From Planctomycetota bacterium (GTDB taxonomy: Bacteria; Planctomycetota; Phycisphaerae; WQYP01), in assembly GCA_021810145.1 (NCBI GenBank), contig JAJZJL010000001.1, positions 23,045 to 87,044 on the forward strand: a stretch of DNA of 64,000 nt, read 5' to 3'. Numbering within the stretch: position 1 is the first letter of the stretch; every line of letters starts with the position of its first letter. The position numbers and the translations under genes were made by a program. Below, piece by piece: positions 38,353 through 49,990 of this stretch. The notes below the pieces were generated by a model. It saw only the letters and a program-made list of their open reading frames with translations. It ran no database searches and had not been told where the DNA came from.

Positions 38353-39132
38353 ATGAACAATGACCCGAGCATCGAATTTATTAATATCCGCAAGTCATAC
38401 GGCACAAACACCGTTCTCGACGGACTGAATATGACCGTTTCCGCCAGAGAGCACGTGGTAATCATCGGCCCGAGCGGATCGGGAAAATCGACTATTCTCA
38501 AACTGTTAATGACATTGGAAAAACCGGACAGCGGCGAGATAATCATTGACGGCGAAAACCTGTGGCACCCCGCACGTGGGGGTCAAAACAGCGAAGCCGA
38601 TCCGGCCCACCTTCGACATATGAGAAGCAAAGTGGGGATGGTATTTCAGCATTTCAATCTATTTCCTCATTTGCGCGTGCTGCAGAACATCACTGAAGCG
38701 CCGGTTCGGGTTCTGGCCGTGCCGCGTGCGGAAGCGAACCAGCACGCCAGGGAATTGCTGGATCGCGTTGGTCTGGCGGATAAATATAACGCGTGGCCCG
38801 CGGAACTTTCCGGAGGGCAAAAACAGCGCGTCGCAATTGCCCGCGCGCTGGCGTTGCAGCCCCGCATCATGCTGTTTGATGAGATTACCTCGGCTCTGGA
38901 TCCGGAAATTGCCAGTCAGGTTCTGCAACTGGTATTGGATCTTGCCAGGCAAACGGATATGACCATGTTGTTTGTCACGCATCAGATGCACTTCGCCCGA
39001 CAGGTTGCCGACCGCGTTGTATTTTTTGATCAAGGAAAAATTGTGGAACAGGGCACCGCCAACCAGGTGCTGGAAAATCCAGCCCAGGCGCGCACCCGTG
39101 AATTTCTCAGCAACATTCTCATGGCGTCGTAA
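38353..39132 (+). CDS. ehuA: ABC transporter ATP-binding protein (EhuA-like)
   Basis: Walker A GPSGSGKST, signature LSGGQKQRVAIARAL, Walker B LLFDEITSALD; start at MNNDPSIE. Confidence 0.65.
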   Translation: MNNDPSIEFINIRKSYGTNTVLDGLNMTVSAREHVVIIGPSGSGKSTILKLLMTLEKPDSGEIIIDGENLWHPARGGQNSEADPAHLRHMRSKVGMVFQHFNLFPHLRVLQNITEAPVRVLAVPRAEANQHARELLDRVGLADKYNAWPAELSGGQKQRVAIARALALQPRIMLFDEITSALDPEIASQVLQLVLDLARQTDMTMLFVTHQMHFARQVADRVVFFDQGKIVEQGTANQVLENPAQARTREFLSNILMAS

Positions 39133-39375
39133 TAATCAATTCCCACATCTCGTTCTGATGAAGCCAGATTACGTCGGCATTCTGACGGATGAATTCGTCA
39201 TGGACGGCGTGATTTTCGACTGATGAACGCCTGATCCGCCTCTTTCTCTTTGCTGACGGATTCGGCCGATTGGCATCGTTACCGCTTTTTACCGATGAGC
39301 TGTTCCGCGGACGCACGCTTTGATTGGCCATGATAATCCTCCATGACGAGATACGGGCAACCCCGCATGACAAAC

Positions 39376-40503
39376 TTACTGCGGTGCGGGCAGCGTGCGT
39401 ATGAATTCCACCAGATCAGCCAGCGATGGACTCTGTGCGCTGCGGACATAAAATCCGCTGGTGGCGGTTCCCATGCACAGTGCTTCCGCCAGATCGAGGC
39501 CCAAGAGCCGCCCGGCGACAAAGCCCGCATTGAAGTGGTCGCCGGCACCGGTGCTGATTTTGGGATGTTTGACGAACGGTCCGGCGAACGAGGCGGAACC
39601 GTTGGCATCGGCCGCCGCACCGCCGGAGCGCGGGTGAATCACGACAGTTCCGATATCCATTTTCTTTCGGATGGCAATGGCCAGCGATTCAATTTCCTTT
39701 TCAGGATCCGCGGAAACGGGAATATCCAGCGCGGTGGCCACCTGTGTGGCTTCTTTGAGATTTAAACCGAGAATAACGTGCATGAATGGTTTAAATACCT
39801 CAAGCACAGCCAAACCGGTTCGCAAATCTTCGCTCGTACGTTTTTCCGGATCAGCAAGATCAACAAACAAAATCCGGTCAGCGGGAGGTACTTCCGGAAG
39901 CACGTCCGCCGCCAGACGCCGCCAGATGTCATTCATATAGGGCAACATGGTCCAGTTGACGGTCCCCAGCAGCCGTGATGAAGCAACCAGGCTTACCATT
40001 TCATCAATGCCAATGCGTGAAACAAGGTTATCCCAGGTAATTTCGGCGGTGGGAGTGAGTTTCCCGAGCATTATTTTGCCGTCATCAAATTCCAGTGCAT
40101 CGGTATGGCAGGCTTGGGCGATACTGAGAATTCTGGCCCGCTTTGCCAATTCATGGAAAACCGGATGAATATCCGGAAAGCCCAGACTTCCAATACACGT
40201 GACTCCCAGGCCAATGGCGGCCAGAGCATTGGCCATAATGGGGCCGTTACCGCCGAGTTTCTGTAATTTGACGACCACTTCGATATTGGCGCTTTGACCT
40301 CTGGCTTCTCGAATGCGGCCCGCAAACTGTTCAATGGTGGCAATGCGATCAAATTCACCGGCGCTGGCGCGTTTATCCACAACCTGCGCTATTTCATCAA
40401 CAAAGCCGTCCAAGCCGATGACCGCCGCGATGGACGCCACATCCGCCTTGGCAAGTTTTCCCGACACCGCCAGACAGGTTGCCGCACGTGTTTGATCCGC
40501 CAT
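39376..40503 (-). CDS. PfkB-family carbohydrate kinase
   Basis: Ribokinase-like fold with C-terminal ISTGAGDHFNAGF anion-hole motif. Confidence 0.7.
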   Translation of the reverse strand: MADQTRAATCLAVSGKLAKADVASIAAVIGLDGFVDEIAQVVDKRASAGEFDRIATIEQFAGRIREARGQSANIEVVVKLQKLGGNGPIMANALAAIGLGVTCIGSLGFPDIHPVFHELAKRARILSIAQACHTDALEFDDGKIMLGKLTPTAEITWDNLVSRIGIDEMVSLVASSRLLGTVNWTMLPYMNDIWRRLAADVLPEVPPADRILFVDLADPEKRTSEDLRTGLAVLEVFKPFMHVILGLNLKEATQVATALDIPVSADPEKEIESLAIAIRKKMDIGTVVIHPRSGGAAADANGSASFAGPFVKHPKISTGAGDHFNAGFVAGRLLGLDLAEALCMGTATSGFYVRSAQSPSLADLVEFIRTLPAPQ

Positions 40504-40524
40504 ACTTTCTCCGTCGATTGGATA

Positions 40525-42159
40525 TCACAATTCCGTAAACTGCATCAATTCAATTGTCTCATGATGTTCCGGCAATGCCACAGCGTCATATTCCGCCAAC
40601 CCCGCTTCAGACATCATATGCCGCACCGCCGCGGCATCATACGTTCCCGCAAGGTCCATTAGATCCCAGAAAATGCTGCCCGTCGAACGCGTATTGTCCA
40701 GCGGCGCAATGGCCTGCTTGAAGGCCTGAATCAGCCCGGCATGATTTTCAAAAACGCCTGACTTTTCCGCCCAGGTGCACACCGGTAAAGCCAGTGTCGC
40801 CTGAGATACCAGACCATCCGGCCGGGTGCTCAATACCAGCAGCGTTTCCAGGCCGACAAGAGCCGTCTCAAGTTCCTGATCGGCGTGACCCAATGGATCA
40901 GCCAGCACCAGAGCAGAACGAACCTGTCCCGCCCTGATTTTTCCAGGGACATCCACCAGTTTGCAGACATTGCCACCGAGTTTTGCCAGCACCTTTTCCG
41001 CACCTCGCCGGTTCGGGGCCTTTTCCGCATAGATGATATGGGTGACCGCTCCACTGGCGGGGTTCTTGAAAATCTGATCCTGACCGTCAATTTTCGGCTC
41101 GGTGACAACCAGCCAGGCTTGCGGGTCAATGCGGCGCATCCATTGCGCGGCGAGAAACATTTCCTCGGTTGAATCAAACGCATTGAGAATCAGCATGGTG
41201 GAGCCGGCGTTTCCGGCAGCCGCCTTTTTGACGGCTTGATCAAGTTGCCCGATGCCCTGTGCAGCCGACAATTCCTGCGGTACGCCTTTCGCCACGGGGG
41301 TCTGGAGTCGGTTGTTATGGACAAAATCCCAACCGTAGCGGATGTCATCGGAAATCCACCATTTGTTGACGTTCGCGTTAAAGCGGGGCTTAATGCGGTA
41401 TACGCGTCCCTGATTATGTTCGATGAAAATATTTTCTCCGCCGCTGGAGAATGGTGAGATACTCGGCACCTTTTTCAAAAACCAGACCCGCTGGGTAAAA
41501 AGAAAATCTTTATCCAATAGCGCCCCGACCGGACAAATATCAATGACATTGCCGGAAAGCGGATTATCAAGCGACTTACCCTGAAAAACATCAATTTCCT
41601 CACGGTGTCCGCGGCCGAATACCGCCAGTTCACCGGTGCCGGAAATTTCGCGTGTAAAACGCACACAGCGCGTACACATAATGCAGCGGTCACTGTATAA
41701 GACCACATGTTTGCCGATGTCTTTCTTTGGCTTTTTTGCCTTGTCTTCTTCAAAACGGCTTTCCGACCGGCCATATTGATAGCTGTAATCCTGCAGATGG
41801 CATTCGCCGGCCTGATCACACACGGGGCAATCCAGCGGATGGTTCAGCAGCAGGAATTCCATAACCGCTTTTTGATTGGCAATTGATTTTGGTGAAATAC
41901 TGTGAACTTTCATGCCATCAACGGCGGGAGTCTGACAGCTTGGCACAAGCTTGGGGACCTTAACGAGCTTGGCCGGATCTTTCGGATCGGGAGATTCAAT
42001 TTCGACCAGGCATATCCGGCAACTGGCGACAATTGACAGGCCTTGGTGATAGCAATAGTGCGGGATTTCCATACCGGCATCAAGGCAGGCCTGAAGAATC
42101 ATCTTTTTGCCTTCCCAGGCAATTTTCTTTCCGTCAACATCCATTGTGGGCATAAACAT
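40525..42159 (-). CDS. nuoG: NADH-quinone oxidoreductase subunit G (short form, Fe-S clusters)
   Basis: 2Fe-2S/4Fe-4S cysteine patterns (CRICLVE, CPVCDQAGEC, CIMCTRCVRF) and a molybdopterin-like domain. Confidence 0.8.
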   Translation of the reverse strand: MFMPTMDVDGKKIAWEGKKMILQACLDAGMEIPHYCYHQGLSIVASCRICLVEIESPDPKDPAKLVKVPKLVPSCQTPAVDGMKVHSISPKSIANQKAVMEFLLLNHPLDCPVCDQAGECHLQDYSYQYGRSESRFEEDKAKKPKKDIGKHVVLYSDRCIMCTRCVRFTREISGTGELAVFGRGHREEIDVFQGKSLDNPLSGNVIDICPVGALLDKDFLFTQRVWFLKKVPSISPFSSGGENIFIEHNQGRVYRIKPRFNANVNKWWISDDIRYGWDFVHNNRLQTPVAKGVPQELSAAQGIGQLDQAVKKAAAGNAGSTMLILNAFDSTEEMFLAAQWMRRIDPQAWLVVTEPKIDGQDQIFKNPASGAVTHIIYAEKAPNRRGAEKVLAKLGGNVCKLVDVPGKIRAGQVRSALVLADPLGHADQELETALVGLETLLVLSTRPDGLVSQATLALPVCTWAEKSGVFENHAGLIQAFKQAIAPLDNTRSTGSIFWDLMDLAGTYDAAAVRHMMSEAGLAEYDAVALPEHHETIELMQFTEL

Positions 42160-42222
42160 TACACCTTATAGCATTGCGACCGGATTCACTCACGGACGCG
42201 TTTCCCGCTTTCCGCGGCTTTG

Positions 42223-43539
42223 TTACACGGCCGCTGCCGCCTGTGCGTCCAGCGTTACACCCTGTACCTGATCCGATTTCAGGCGGGCCTTGAAATCTTC
42301 CGGAAACTTCTGCAGAAATGTCCGAACGGCCCAATTGGCACCGTCGGCCAGACCGCAAATGGTGGTTCCCGGCATGGACCCCATGCTTAATCCAACTTCC
42401 ATCAGCAGGTCAAAATCATGCGGCTTGCCGTATCCGGCGACGATACGATTGAGCATTTTGTGCATCCATGCGGTACCCTCCCGGCACGGCGTACATTGCC
42501 CGCAACTCTCGTGGGCGAAGAAACGGACAATATTCCGCAGCATGACAACCAGATCCGTTTTATCCGTCATGACAATCACACCGGCTGTGCCGAGCCCCAG
42601 CACGTTGTATTTTCTGCCAATATCAAAATCCAGTTCCGCATCATACTGATCGGTTCCCAGCACGCCCATCGATACGCCGCCCGGAATCGCCGCACGGTAT
42701 TTGCCGCCTTTAATTCCACCGGCATATTTCTCGATGAGTGTGGACATTTTAATGCCCAGTTCCTCTTCATAAACGCCCGGCTTGTTCACCAGACCGCTGA
42801 CGCCAAAAAGTTTAGGCCCGGCGGAAGAAGCCGTCCCCATGGCCTTGAACCAGTCCGCACCATGCTCAATGATATATGGCAGACAGGCCAGGGTTTCCAC
42901 ATTGTTGATAATCGTTGGCTTGGCAAAGGCGCCGGCGATGGCGGGAAACGGCGGCTTGATGCGCGGCCAGCCGCGCTTGCCTTCCAGCGATTCCAGCAGA
43001 CCGGTCTCTTCGCCGCAGATATAGGCTCCGGCTCCGCGATGCACATAGCAGTTATGCGCAATGTCGGTACCCGGAATCTTCTGGCCGAAAATCCCCCTGG
43101 CATAGGCTTCTTCCAGAGCCTTTTCCAGAATCCTGGCCTGCCGGTGGTATTCACCACGTATATAGATATAACTGACCGCGATACGGTTGGTATACGCCGC
43201 AATGGCAATACCTTCGAGCAACACATGCGGATCATAATCGGTCAGATATCGGTCTTTGAATGTACCCGGCTCGGATTCATCAAAATTTACGGCCAGATAA
43301 CGCGGGTGAATATCCTTGGGCAAAAATTTCCATTTGGAACCACACGGAAAACCCGCTCCACCGCGCCCGCGCAAATTGGAATCAATGACCAGTTGGATGA
43401 TCTGATCGGGCGTCATGCTTTGCGCTTTACGGAGAGATTCATACCCTCCGGTGGCAATATATTCTTCTATGTTAATGAGTTTGCGCTTCGCGGGATCATC
43501 CGGAATACGCTTAAGCAGAACTGGTCCGGCAAACGCCAT
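42223..43539 (-). CDS. nuoF: NADH-quinone oxidoreductase subunit F
   Basis: GRGGAGFP FMN/NADH motifs and the C-terminal ESCGQCTPCREG 4Fe-4S motif. Confidence 0.9.
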   Translation of the reverse strand: MAFAGPVLLKRIPDDPAKRKLINIEEYIATGGYESLRKAQSMTPDQIIQLVIDSNLRGRGGAGFPCGSKWKFLPKDIHPRYLAVNFDESEPGTFKDRYLTDYDPHVLLEGIAIAAYTNRIAVSYIYIRGEYHRQARILEKALEEAYARGIFGQKIPGTDIAHNCYVHRGAGAYICGEETGLLESLEGKRGWPRIKPPFPAIAGAFAKPTIINNVETLACLPYIIEHGADWFKAMGTASSAGPKLFGVSGLVNKPGVYEEELGIKMSTLIEKYAGGIKGGKYRAAIPGGVSMGVLGTDQYDAELDFDIGRKYNVLGLGTAGVIVMTDKTDLVVMLRNIVRFFAHESCGQCTPCREGTAWMHKMLNRIVAGYGKPHDFDLLMEVGLSMGSMPGTTICGLADGANWAVRTFLQKFPEDFKARLKSDQVQGVTLDAQAAAAV

Positions 43540-43644
43540 AATTTAACCTTTCCTTTAACCGTTCACGCACGGAAGTCTTACCCTGTTTACCCAAAGACAA
43601 CCGCGGGTTTTTATCCGCGGCGGTGTATGCAATTCACCGCCTGA

Positions 43645-44190
43645 TCAGTGCCCCGCGGCAGGATGATCGGGCAGGGCCTGCAAATGCGAGGCAAACGCGT
43701 CGGGCTTGATACAACCGTGCAGGTCTTCATTCACCAATGCGCATGGAGCCTGCTCACAGGCTCCGAGACATTCAACTTCAAAAACGGTGAATTTATTGTC
43801 TTCCGTGGTTTCACCGGGTTCAATCCCAAATACGTCCCGAATCTTATTCAGAACCGCCTGATGACCGCAGAGTTCGCATGAAATAGACCGACATACATTG
43901 ACAACATATCGGCCCGATGGCTGCAGGCGGAATTCTTCGTAAAAGGTTACCGCGTCCTGAACCTGCGCACGACTGATGCCCAGAAACTCGGCTGCTTCAT
44001 CAATGGCCTGCGGCGCGATATAGCCGTAGGTGTGCATGATGGTGTGAAACAGCGGCAGCAGTGCCGCCTGCTTACGCGGATAGCGCGGAAAATATTTCTG
44101 TTCAATGTGTGATTTAATCTCAGCGGTGAGGTAAGGCTCACTGCGCGTGGGTTGGTACTGCTTCAGGCGGTCTTCAACAATCCAGGCCAT
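43645..44190 (-). CDS. nuoE: NADH-quinone oxidoreductase subunit E
   Basis: Thioredoxin-like 2Fe-2S with the CxxxxC...CLGACxxAP pattern. Confidence 0.85.
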   Translation of the reverse strand: MAWIVEDRLKQYQPTRSEPYLTAEIKSHIEQKYFPRYPRKQAALLPLFHTIMHTYGYIAPQAIDEAAEFLGISRAQVQDAVTFYEEFRLQPSGRYVVNVCRSISCELCGHQAVLNKIRDVFGIEPGETTEDNKFTVFEVECLGACEQAPCALVNEDLHGCIKPDAFASHLQALPDHPAAGH

Positions 44191-44204
44191 AACTTTCCTT
44201 GCGT

Positions 44205-45566
44205 TTAACGATCCAATTCCGCGGCGATAATATTCAATGAACCTAAAACGGCCACCACATCTGATATGGTGTGTCCTTCCATCATTTTAGGTAATACGCT
44301 CAAGTGAATGAACGATGGCGGCCGGCACCGCGCCCGCCACGGATTTTTTCCGCCCTCGCTGACAATATAAAATCCCTGCTCACCGTTGGCGGTTTCGCTG
44401 CAACCATAAACCTCACCGACCGGCGGCTTGAACCCACGGTTGGTCATTACCAGTTCAAAGTGTTGAATCAACCCTTCGATGGAACCATACACGTCCGACT
44501 TTGGCGGCAATATATCTTTACCTTCCGGGCTGACGTTCATCGAACCGCCGGGAATATCATCGATGAGCTGCCGGATGATTTCGATGGATTGTTTCATTTC
44601 TTCAAGACGCACGAGATATCGCGCCAGCACATCACCGGTTTTCATGATGGGCACTTTAAATTTCACCGCCGGCGCGCCTTTGCCGTCCCAGTTATCCTGA
44701 AAGCAGAAATAAGGATCATCTTTCCGCACGTCCCGCATGACCCCACTGGCTCTGGCCACGGGACCGCTGAGGCTCCAATTGACCGCCTCTTCACGGGAAA
44801 TAATGCCGATGCCCTGCGTACGGTCGATGAATATGCGCAGACGATTGAGCAGTTTCTCAACATCATCAATGGCCCGAGGCAGGGATTCATTGATAAATGC
44901 CTTAACCAGCGGACGAAACACATTGTCATCGGCGTCCTTCATCGTACCGCCGACGCGGTTCCAACTGGTATGAAATCGCGATCCGGTCACATATTCCATG
45001 ATGTCGTAAACACGTTCGCGTTCATTAAATCCAAAGAGGAACGCCGTGAATCCGCCGAGGTCCAACGCCGCGGCACCAACGCAAAGCAGGTGACTTTGAA
45101 TGCGAGCCAGTTCGCCGAGGATGGTGCGATAAACTTTGCACCGGGGTGTCGGATCCACGCCAAAAAGCATTTCCACGGCCCGAATCCATGCCATTTCATT
45201 GCCCATGGGAGCCAGATAATCCATTCGATTAACGATGGTCATGTACTGATTGAAGTCCAGTACTTCGGCGTTTTTTTCAAATCCACTGTGCAGATAACCG
45301 ATAATCGGAACAACTTTGACCACCCGCTCGCCATCGATTTCCATCACCAGACGAATGACCGTATGCGTAGCCGGGTGCTGCGGACCAAAATTAAGCGTCC
45401 AAAGATTGGAATTGTCCGAAAGTTGAGGGGTTGTCATGGGGTCATCCATCAACATGGAGACTCCCTTTTCCATTGTGTATGGCATGTCCAGAACTCCAGC
45501 ACAGCATTGGTCCCGCGAGCACCCGCGACTCGGCAAGGACCGGGTGGCCTGCAACAGGCACTTCAC
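44205..45566 (-). CDS. nuoD: NADH-quinone oxidoreductase subunit D (49 kDa); true start probably internal, near MTTPQLSD
   Basis: LNFGPQHPATHTVIRLV and the C-terminal NuoD blocks. Confidence 0.85.
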   Translation of the reverse strand: MKCLLQATRSLPSRGCSRDQCCAGVLDMPYTMEKGVSMLMDDPMTTPQLSDNSNLWTLNFGPQHPATHTVIRLVMEIDGERVVKVVPIIGYLHSGFEKNAEVLDFNQYMTIVNRMDYLAPMGNEMAWIRAVEMLFGVDPTPRCKVYRTILGELARIQSHLLCVGAAALDLGGFTAFLFGFNERERVYDIMEYVTGSRFHTSWNRVGGTMKDADDNVFRPLVKAFINESLPRAIDDVEKLLNRLRIFIDRTQGIGIISREEAVNWSLSGPVARASGVMRDVRKDDPYFCFQDNWDGKGAPAVKFKVPIMKTGDVLARYLVRLEEMKQSIEIIRQLIDDIPGGSMNVSPEGKDILPPKSDVYGSIEGLIQHFELVMTNRGFKPPVGEVYGCSETANGEQGFYIVSEGGKNPWRARCRPPSFIHLSVLPKMMEGHTISDVVAVLGSLNIIAAELDR

Positions 45567-45974
45567 CCCTGACTTACTACCTTGTGATGTTATTCACAAA
45601 CCCCGCCTTGAGCAAGCGAAGCAGGGTAAAACAGCGATTTTTTTTACCATTGATGCGCTTCACTTCGGCTTCCGGTGCCGAGCCGTTCCAGAAATCCGTT
45701 CCCTCCCGTACGAAGCATGCGGAAGGTAGGGTCTTTACGGATAAAACGGGCATGAAATTTAACGCTGTGCACGGAAATAGCACCGGTAACGTAAAGCCGC
45801 GGCAGGCGCCAAATGAAGAAATCATTGCAAGAATGATCTCGCGGCATCGTGGAGGCGTCAAAACCCGATCCACTATCCACCTGCCGCAGCCAGAGAGCGT
45901 TATACAAATGTTTGCTCGAACTTATCCGATACCGGAATAGCTCTGAAACCCGACATATACGTTTACCGGTTGGG

Positions 45975-47333
<1,359 letters not shown>

Positions 47334-47439
47334 TTAGCATACTTTCAGAGTTTTAGCCAAGGTTGGATCAGAACAATTAAAAAAATGCGGTTCACGGCAT
47401 ACATCTGGCAACCGTAATTGAATTTCTATTCTTTGGAAT

Positions 47440-48297
47440 TCACCGGCGGGAGGAGAGCACGATTACGACCTGTCTAATCTGCTGCACATCCGTGCGCGGC
47501 GTAATTTCCAGGCTCCAACGCAGACTCGTACGCGAGGATTGATGCACAGATTTAACAACACCGATAACCGCCCCGGCAACCGCCTGTGGCCATTCGTTGT
47601 CATTAAGCTGTACCAGATCGCCCGGCTTGGGGGCCATGGCATGAATGGATTGATCCAATTCACAACGCATGCGGCCCGGGCCGGCACCTTCAATAAGGGC
47701 CTGCGGAGCGATGCTGATCAAACCGGCGCGCACCGGACGGCTGATGGCGGCAATTTCTTTCATCATGGGATCGGTCAGCAAACGCACCGTACAGGTTTCC
47801 GGTCCAACATGGGACACACGCCCAATAACCGCTCGATTGGCCAACACTGCATCCCCAATGCGAATTTCCTTGTCATCGCGCCAACCCTGATCCAGTGTGC
47901 ACTGATCACCGCTTCCCGTGGAAAATCCGTCGATACTGGCCGCTCTTAACCGCTGGACGGAAAGGCCCGGAAAATTCTGATGAATCACACGCGTTTCGCG
48001 CAGAAGCTTTTGCAGGTCACTGATGCGTGTGACCAGCATGGCGATTTCATTTTGATAACGAACACGCAGGGCGTTTACCCGGCTGCTGGAATTTTGATGC
48101 GGATGCAGAAACCGATTAACGCCGGTTTGCAGGCCGGTAAAAATGGATGAAAACGGGGCGACGAAAGTTCTAACGGCGTCAGACGCGATTCCACGCGGAC
48201 GATTAACCACTTGCGGGTGCCGGGCCCCAACGACTACCGTAGCCAAAGCTGCGAAGTTAAGTATCCAGAACCACTTTCGCGGAGTCATTTTCATCAT
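47440..48297 (-). CDS. mreC: rod shape-determining protein MreC
   Basis: N-terminal TM, coiled-coil and beta-rich C-terminus; sits directly downstream of mreB. Confidence 0.75.
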   Translation of the reverse strand: MMKMTPRKWFWILNFAALATVVVGARHPQVVNRPRGIASDAVRTFVAPFSSIFTGLQTGVNRFLHPHQNSSSRVNALRVRYQNEIAMLVTRISDLQKLLRETRVIHQNFPGLSVQRLRAASIDGFSTGSGDQCTLDQGWRDDKEIRIGDAVLANRAVIGRVSHVGPETCTVRLLTDPMMKEIAAISRPVRAGLISIAPQALIEGAGPGRMRCELDQSIHAMAPKPGDLVQLNDNEWPQAVAGAVIGVVKSVHQSSRTSLRWSLEITPRTDVQQIRQVVIVLSSRR

Positions 48298-48388
48298 GCC
48301 TTCCTCCGGAAAGCATACGGGAACGGTCGGCTGTTTAACACGTCAGACAGCCTGGCGGGCTGCCGCTGGGCGCGGCACAGGGGACTGA

Positions 48389-49426
48389 TCACATTTCGTC
48401 GGTGTCTGATTCCAAGGCTTCCTTGAGATCTTCCAGATTTTCCAGCAGTACGTTGGTTCCGCGTGCCACGCAGGTCAACGGATCTTCCGCCAGGCGCACC
48501 GGCAGGCCGGTGGCCTGCGAAATAACCTTGTCAATTCCCCGCAGCAGGCTGCCGCCACCGGCCATGGTGATGCCGGTTTCCACCAGATCGGCTGCCAACT
48601 CCGGTTCCGCCCGTTCGAGCGTATGGGTAACCGCATCAATGATTTTACCGATCGGCTCAAGCAGCGCCTCGCGGATTTCCTCGCTGGTGATGATGCATTT
48701 GCGCGGTAAGCCGCTGATCATATCCCGCCCGCGGACTTCCATGGTCGTTTCCGGGCCAACGGTGCTCGCGGAGCCGAGTTCGATTTTTATGCGCTCCGAA
48801 AACTGCTCACCAATCATCAGGTTATATGTCTTTTTCATGTGGTTGATGATGGCTTCATCAAAATTATCACCGGCGGTACGAATGGATTCGGACACCGCCA
48901 TATCGCCCAGACTGATAATGGCAACTTCCGTCGTGCCGCCGCCGATATCAACGATCATGCTGGCGGTCGGCTCACGAATCGGCAGGCCCGCACCGATGGC
49001 GGATGCCATCGGTTCGCTGACGAGATAAACACGACGCGCTTCAGCCTGCAGGGCGGAATGAAATACCGCCTGCTTTTCAACGGCGGTTATGCCCGATGGG
49101 ATGGCAATGACAACGCGCGGTCGCACAAACCGGCGCCGACCATGCACGCGGCGAATAAAGTACGTGAGCATGGCTTCAGTGATTTCAAAATCGCTGATTA
49201 CGCCATCTTTAAGCGGTCGAACGGCGGTAATATTTCCCGGCGTTTTGCCGAGCATTTCCTTGGCAACTAGACCAACGGCATTGCCGTTGTGCAAAACAAT
49301 ATTTGTCCCTTTTTTAACTGCAACCACCGAAGGTTCGTTGAGAACAATACCCTGCCCGCGCACACACACCAACGTGTTGCACGTTCCAAGGTCTATGCCC
49401 ATATCGAGGGAAAACCAACCCAGCAT
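48389..49426 (-). CDS. mreB: rod shape-determining protein MreB
   Basis: MLGWFSLDMGIDLGTCNTLV... actin-like ATPase; start taken at the internal Met of the longer ORF. Confidence 0.9.
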   Translation of the reverse strand: MLGWFSLDMGIDLGTCNTLVCVRGQGIVLNEPSVVAVKKGTNIVLHNGNAVGLVAKEMLGKTPGNITAVRPLKDGVISDFEITEAMLTYFIRRVHGRRRFVRPRVVIAIPSGITAVEKQAVFHSALQAEARRVYLVSEPMASAIGAGLPIREPTASMIVDIGGGTTEVAIISLGDMAVSESIRTAGDNFDEAIINHMKKTYNLMIGEQFSERIKIELGSASTVGPETTMEVRGRDMISGLPRKCIITSEEIREALLEPIGKIIDAVTHTLERAEPELAADLVETGITMAGGGSLLRGIDKVISQATGLPVRLAEDPLTCVARGTNVLLENLEDLKEALESDTDEM

Positions 49427-49686
49427 CGAATCAAAAAACACGCCAAAGCGCTCCGCGACAGAACCTTGAACAGGCCGGTTACGGCAAACACTGCATCCTT
49501 GTGCGTCGCCGAACTCGGCCCTCCCTGCTCCCTTCCGGCCTGACAATAACATACCATATTATCGGAATTAGCGATATTGGCGAAAGTGGATCGCCCAATG
49601 TCTTCGCCACCTTATCCATGCTAATGCCGTACTCCGGTTGGCTGGCGCTGCGACTTTCCGGAATATATCTATGGCGGCCATTTTAC

Positions 49687-49830
49687 TTAGAAGCCAATCA
49701 TCGTTTTATATTCAATGGCGATGTAAATTAAGGATCCCAAGGTCGCTAAGAAGCCGATAATTGCCAACGCTGTATACACATTGGGCTGCGGCCGTACGGT
49801 AATTCGGGCGGGTGGGTTTACTCGTGACAT
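49687..49830 (-). CDS. candidate small membrane protein (47 aa: MSRVNPPARITVRPQPNVYTALAIIGFLATLGSLIYIAIEYKTMIGF), not in the ORF track
   Basis: ATG at 49830, TAA at 49687-49689, a single hydrophobic helix; located in the 560-bp gap upstream of mreB. Confidence 0.3.
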   Translation of the reverse strand: MSRVNPPARITVRPQPNVYTALAIIGFLATLGSLIYIAIEYKTMIGF

Positions 49831-49990
49831 GACGACTCCCGACAAATCAAAAAATCAATTCTTAACCGCACGGCTTCCAGGTACTACCCCAGAAGCAACT
49901 CGCTGCGGTATCCGCAGCACACACTGGCGTGCGGAACAACAACCAACCGCATATTAAGCCGAATCCATTTTCGGCTTAAATTCCGGATCA

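Noticed and set aside
42418-45572. Long antisense ORFs (42418-43644, 408 aa; 44304-45572, 422 aa) opposite nuoF and nuoD
   Set aside because: They mirror highly conserved nuo genes on the other strand; their composition is Arg/Gly/His-rich nonsense.
49501-49731. 76-aa plus-strand ORF in the mreB leader
   Set aside because: No features; the small hydrophobic minus-strand ORF at 49687-49830 overlaps it and is marginally more plausible, though itself low confidence.
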